DNA from: Spirochaetia bacterium
Lineage (GTDB): Bacteria; Spirochaetota; Spirochaetia; UBA9216
Reading direction: 5' to 3'
NCBI GenBank assembly: GCA_963677925.2
Contig: CAXXYH010000003.1
Span: 928,001 to 992,000 of the forward strand
Length of the DNA stretch: 64,000 bases
Notes under the pieces: model-generated
Told to the model about the DNA's origin: nothing
Database searches by the model: none
Seen by the model: the letters and a program-made list of their open reading frames with translations, nothing else
Position numbers and translations under genes: made by a program
Shown: positions 61,477-64,000 of the stretch, piece after piece
How positions within the stretch are numbered: position 1 is the stretch's first letter
How the letters are laid out: each line of letters starts with the position of its first letter

Positions 61477-61550
61477 TTGTTTCTCCAAAAAATAAAGTTT
61501 CTTAACTGTCTGAAAATCAGATCACAATATACTAAATCGTTTTGTCTAAA

Positions 61551-61584
61551 AAAAAAAGCCGTATAAAACTGGTATACGGCTTTT
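61551..61584 (-). terminator. Intrinsic terminator of the thioredoxin-family gene
   Basis: GCCGTATA/TATACGGC stem preceded by a long A-tract on +. Confidence 0.75.
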
Positions 61585-61610
61585 CATGTTAAAGTTTGTA
61601 TAATTTTTTA

Positions 61611-62240
61611 TCAGCTCTGAAGGCTTCCAATATATTCTTCGATAGCACTCGTAAAACCGTCACGAAATGACGCTTTCTGCTCTTCATCAATCGCAGGCAT
61701 ATCCTCATTCAGATGCCTGATGTATTCAGCAGCTCCTCCTTCACGGTAGCCGGTGACCATAACAGGAGTAAGATCCTGTTCTAATAGCCATATTGTCGGA
61801 TATCCCTGAACTTCAAGCATCTGGGCCAGTATCTGGTTGTGCTGAACCTGTTCCTCAGAAAGCTCGAAAGTATTCGGAAAATCAAGAAAAAGGAGGACGA
61901 GATTCTCATCAGCATAAGCTTTGAACTCATCTGTTGTAAAAACTTCGGCACTGAGCTTCTTGCACCAGACACACCAGTCGGAACCGGTAAAATCGACAAG
62001 AATTGATTTATCTTCGGCCATTGCGGTTTTATATGCTTCACGTATATCTGTTACCCATCCCTCAGGCGGATAAACAGCCTGTGGTGCATCAGTCTCAGAG
62101 ACTTTCTGTTCCGAATTTTCTGTGACAGCAGGGGTTTCAGTTGATGGCTCTGCAGTTTCACTCTTACCCGCACTGCATGCTGTGGAAGTTAAAATTAATG
62201 ATGTAACAATAAAAAATATCCCGATAAAGTGCTTTTTCAT
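61611..62240 (-). CDS. Thioredoxin-family lipoprotein
   Basis: Lipobox STAC; DFTGSDWCVWCKKL; GYPT. Confidence 0.88.
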   Translation of the reverse strand: MKKHFIGIFFIVTSLILTSTACSAGKSETAEPSTETPAVTENSEQKVSETDAPQAVYPPEGWVTDIREAYKTAMAEDKSILVDFTGSDWCVWCKKLSAEVFTTDEFKAYADENLVLLFLDFPNTFELSEEQVQHNQILAQMLEVQGYPTIWLLEQDLTPVMVTGYREGGAAEYIRHLNEDMPAIDEEQKASFRDGFTSAIEEYIGSLQS

Positions 62241-62333
62241 ATTATGAATATACTACTTCATCGGGATGACGACAATATATAATTTTTTTTATATTGAAGA
62301 TTATAAAGTTATTAACTTGTCATTTTGTCTGTA

Positions 62334-63653
62334 CTAAATAAATCCCATTGCCCGGGCCTGACCGCTCAATTCTTCCCTGAAATCAGGATGAGCTATTTCA
62401 ATAAGCTGCTTTGTCCTGGAGCTTACGGTCCGCCCTCTCAGGTGGGCCACTCCGTACTCGGTTACAACATAGTCAATATCGTGTCTTGGAACAGAAACTA
62501 TCGAACCCGGTGTTAAAGTCGGCGTTATGGTCGATATTGATCCGCCTTTGGCTGTTGAACGCAGGGCTATAATTCCTTTTCCATTCCTGCTCATAACTGC
62601 ACCCCGGTGAGTATCCAGCTGTCCGCCGGTACCGGAGAACTGAGTGGTACCGATAGACTCGGAACAGACCTGTCCGGTCATATCAACTGAAAGCGCTGTA
62701 TTTATGCTTATCATGTTGTCATTCTGAGCAATGACATAGGGGTTGTTAACATAGCTGCCTTTAAGCAGCAGAACACCCGGATTATTGTCTATCCAGTCAT
62801 ACATATTCTGAGTTCCCATAGCAAAAGTACAGACAAATTTGCCGGGCCAGAAATTCTTGCGAAGGTTTGTAACAACTCCCTCTTCAAATAGTTCAATCAT
62901 TGATTCGGTAAACATCTCGGTATGGATTCCCAGATCCTTTTTACCTTTAAGAAGTTTAGCTACGGCATTTGGAATTCCTCCGATGCCAATCTGAAGAGTC
63001 GAGCCGTCACCGACAAGTTCTGCAATATGTGCAGCTATCTGTTCTTCTGTTTCACTGGGCTGGGGAATTGGTATGGTGGGAAGCGGATTCTCATATTCTA
63101 CAATCGCATCAACCTGAGATATATGAACCTGAGTCTCTCCATGCATGTACGGTACTCTAGGGTTAACTTCAAGTATGATTTTATCGGCGAGTGCCATTAC
63201 TTCATGCTCATAGACATTGGAAATACCGAGGTTGAAATATCCAGATTTAGCCTGCATCGGTGTAACAGCACCCCAGAAAACAAGATAATTCCCCTCCTCT
63301 TTCTCGGCCATAGCCTTTTCAAGTCCTGCCCGATGGAGGTTATTAGGCATATAATCTACAATTTTATATCCGAGTTTCGCAGCCTTTCTTGTTGAAGGAC
63401 CGAAAAACCAGTTGTCGTTACAGAATTTACCTTCGTATTTTTTTTCCTGACAGAACGGAAAATCTCCCAGATTCAGACAGGAGCCGACCTTCAGAAAATC
63501 AAAATTATCCTCATATTTATGAACCTGTGTAAGAAAGCCCTGGGCTTCCATGGCGGCCATTCCAACGATTACCGTAGCTTTTCTCGGTAATGTTTTAACA
63601 GCTTCTTCGATTGATTTAAATTTTTTCTTATATTCATCTTCCCACTTTGTCAT
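62334..63653 (-). CDS. Acetyl-CoA hydrolase/transferase family protein (4-hydroxybutyrate CoA-transferase-like)
   Basis: TLQIGIGGIP, LGIHTEMF, SGTGGQLD, VVTEYGVAHLRG, IAHPDFR; ATG 63653 with SD GGAGG; promoter TTGACA-N17-TAAAAT at 63685-63713. Confidence 0.92.
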   Translation of the reverse strand: MTKWEDEYKKKFKSIEEAVKTLPRKATVIVGMAAMEAQGFLTQVHKYEDNFDFLKVGSCLNLGDFPFCQEKKYEGKFCNDNWFFGPSTRKAAKLGYKIVDYMPNNLHRAGLEKAMAEKEEGNYLVFWGAVTPMQAKSGYFNLGISNVYEHEVMALADKIILEVNPRVPYMHGETQVHISQVDAIVEYENPLPTIPIPQPSETEEQIAAHIAELVGDGSTLQIGIGGIPNAVAKLLKGKKDLGIHTEMFTESMIELFEEGVVTNLRKNFWPGKFVCTFAMGTQNMYDWIDNNPGVLLLKGSYVNNPYVIAQNDNMISINTALSVDMTGQVCSESIGTTQFSGTGGQLDTHRGAVMSRNGKGIIALRSTAKGGSISTITPTLTPGSIVSVPRHDIDYVVTEYGVAHLRGRTVSSRTKQLIEIAHPDFREELSGQARAMGFI

Positions 63654-63728
63654 AGTACCTCCAATTATGCATGAATCACCTCTCATTTTAAGGCTATAAA
63701 TTCTATCTGTCAAGTTTTTATATGCTTA

Positions 63729-64000
63729 TCAGCTTTTAAGGCCGCTGCACATGGGTCCTGCAAGTTCTTTTACGACCTCAACAGGATCTTCGATATTTCC
63801 GCTGAAATAAAATTCAATACCAAGAAAATGCGCAATACCGATAAGAAAGTTCGATGCAACAACCTTGTCATCGATACGAATATCTGTCAGATTTTTAAGG
63901 TATCCGCTCTCAAATTTATTGTAATATTCTCGGGCAGTAGGCCTGATTATAAACTCGGCTTCCCGCACTATCTGATAATTTTGAATATGTGTTTCAAAGT
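63729..64000 (-). CDS. C-terminal part of a gene entering from beyond the window (possibly a TetR C-domain)
   Basis: Frame is open to the window edge (FETHIQNYQIVREAEF...); helical character. Confidence 0.55.
   Translation of the reverse strand, partial: FETHIQNYQIVREAEFIIRPTAREYYNKFESGYLKNLTDIRIDDKVVASNFLIGIAHFLGIEFYFSGNIEDPVEVVKELAGPMCSGLKS

Overview
A 64-kb chromosomal segment that is probably from a free-living spirochaete (inferred from the FemX-like gene, the MurE EDPR loop, the MetG/HflKC type and the spirochaete-style signal peptides). It holds about 55 real genes and no rRNA, tRNA, CRISPR array, prophage or IS that I could see. Housekeeping genes (murD, murE, ddl, metG, hflKC, DEAD helicase, queD, dinB, hisI/hisG, mobA, mtnA, CoA-transferase) are interleaved with an accessory block at ~14.6-26.6 kb. 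Highlights: (1) an ECF sigma factor fused to a flagellar-rotor FliG C-terminal domain, with apparently charge-reversed torque residues, an ECF-type promoter upstream and no adjacent anti-sigma gene; (2) a yjdF (azaaromatic) riboswitch with a clear SD-sequestering switch upstream of a yjdF gene; (3) an SPS-1/SPM-1-like metallo-beta-lactamase with Gly at the His116 position; (4) at least eight predicted leaderless mRNAs, including metG and murE; (5) a queD + orphan DNA adenine methyltransferase operon whose promoter faces that of murE; (6) a hisI-hisG pair with non-canonical catalytic motifs; (7) a P-loop ATPase with an apparently dead nuclease domain. All calls were made by eye from motifs; no database searches were run.
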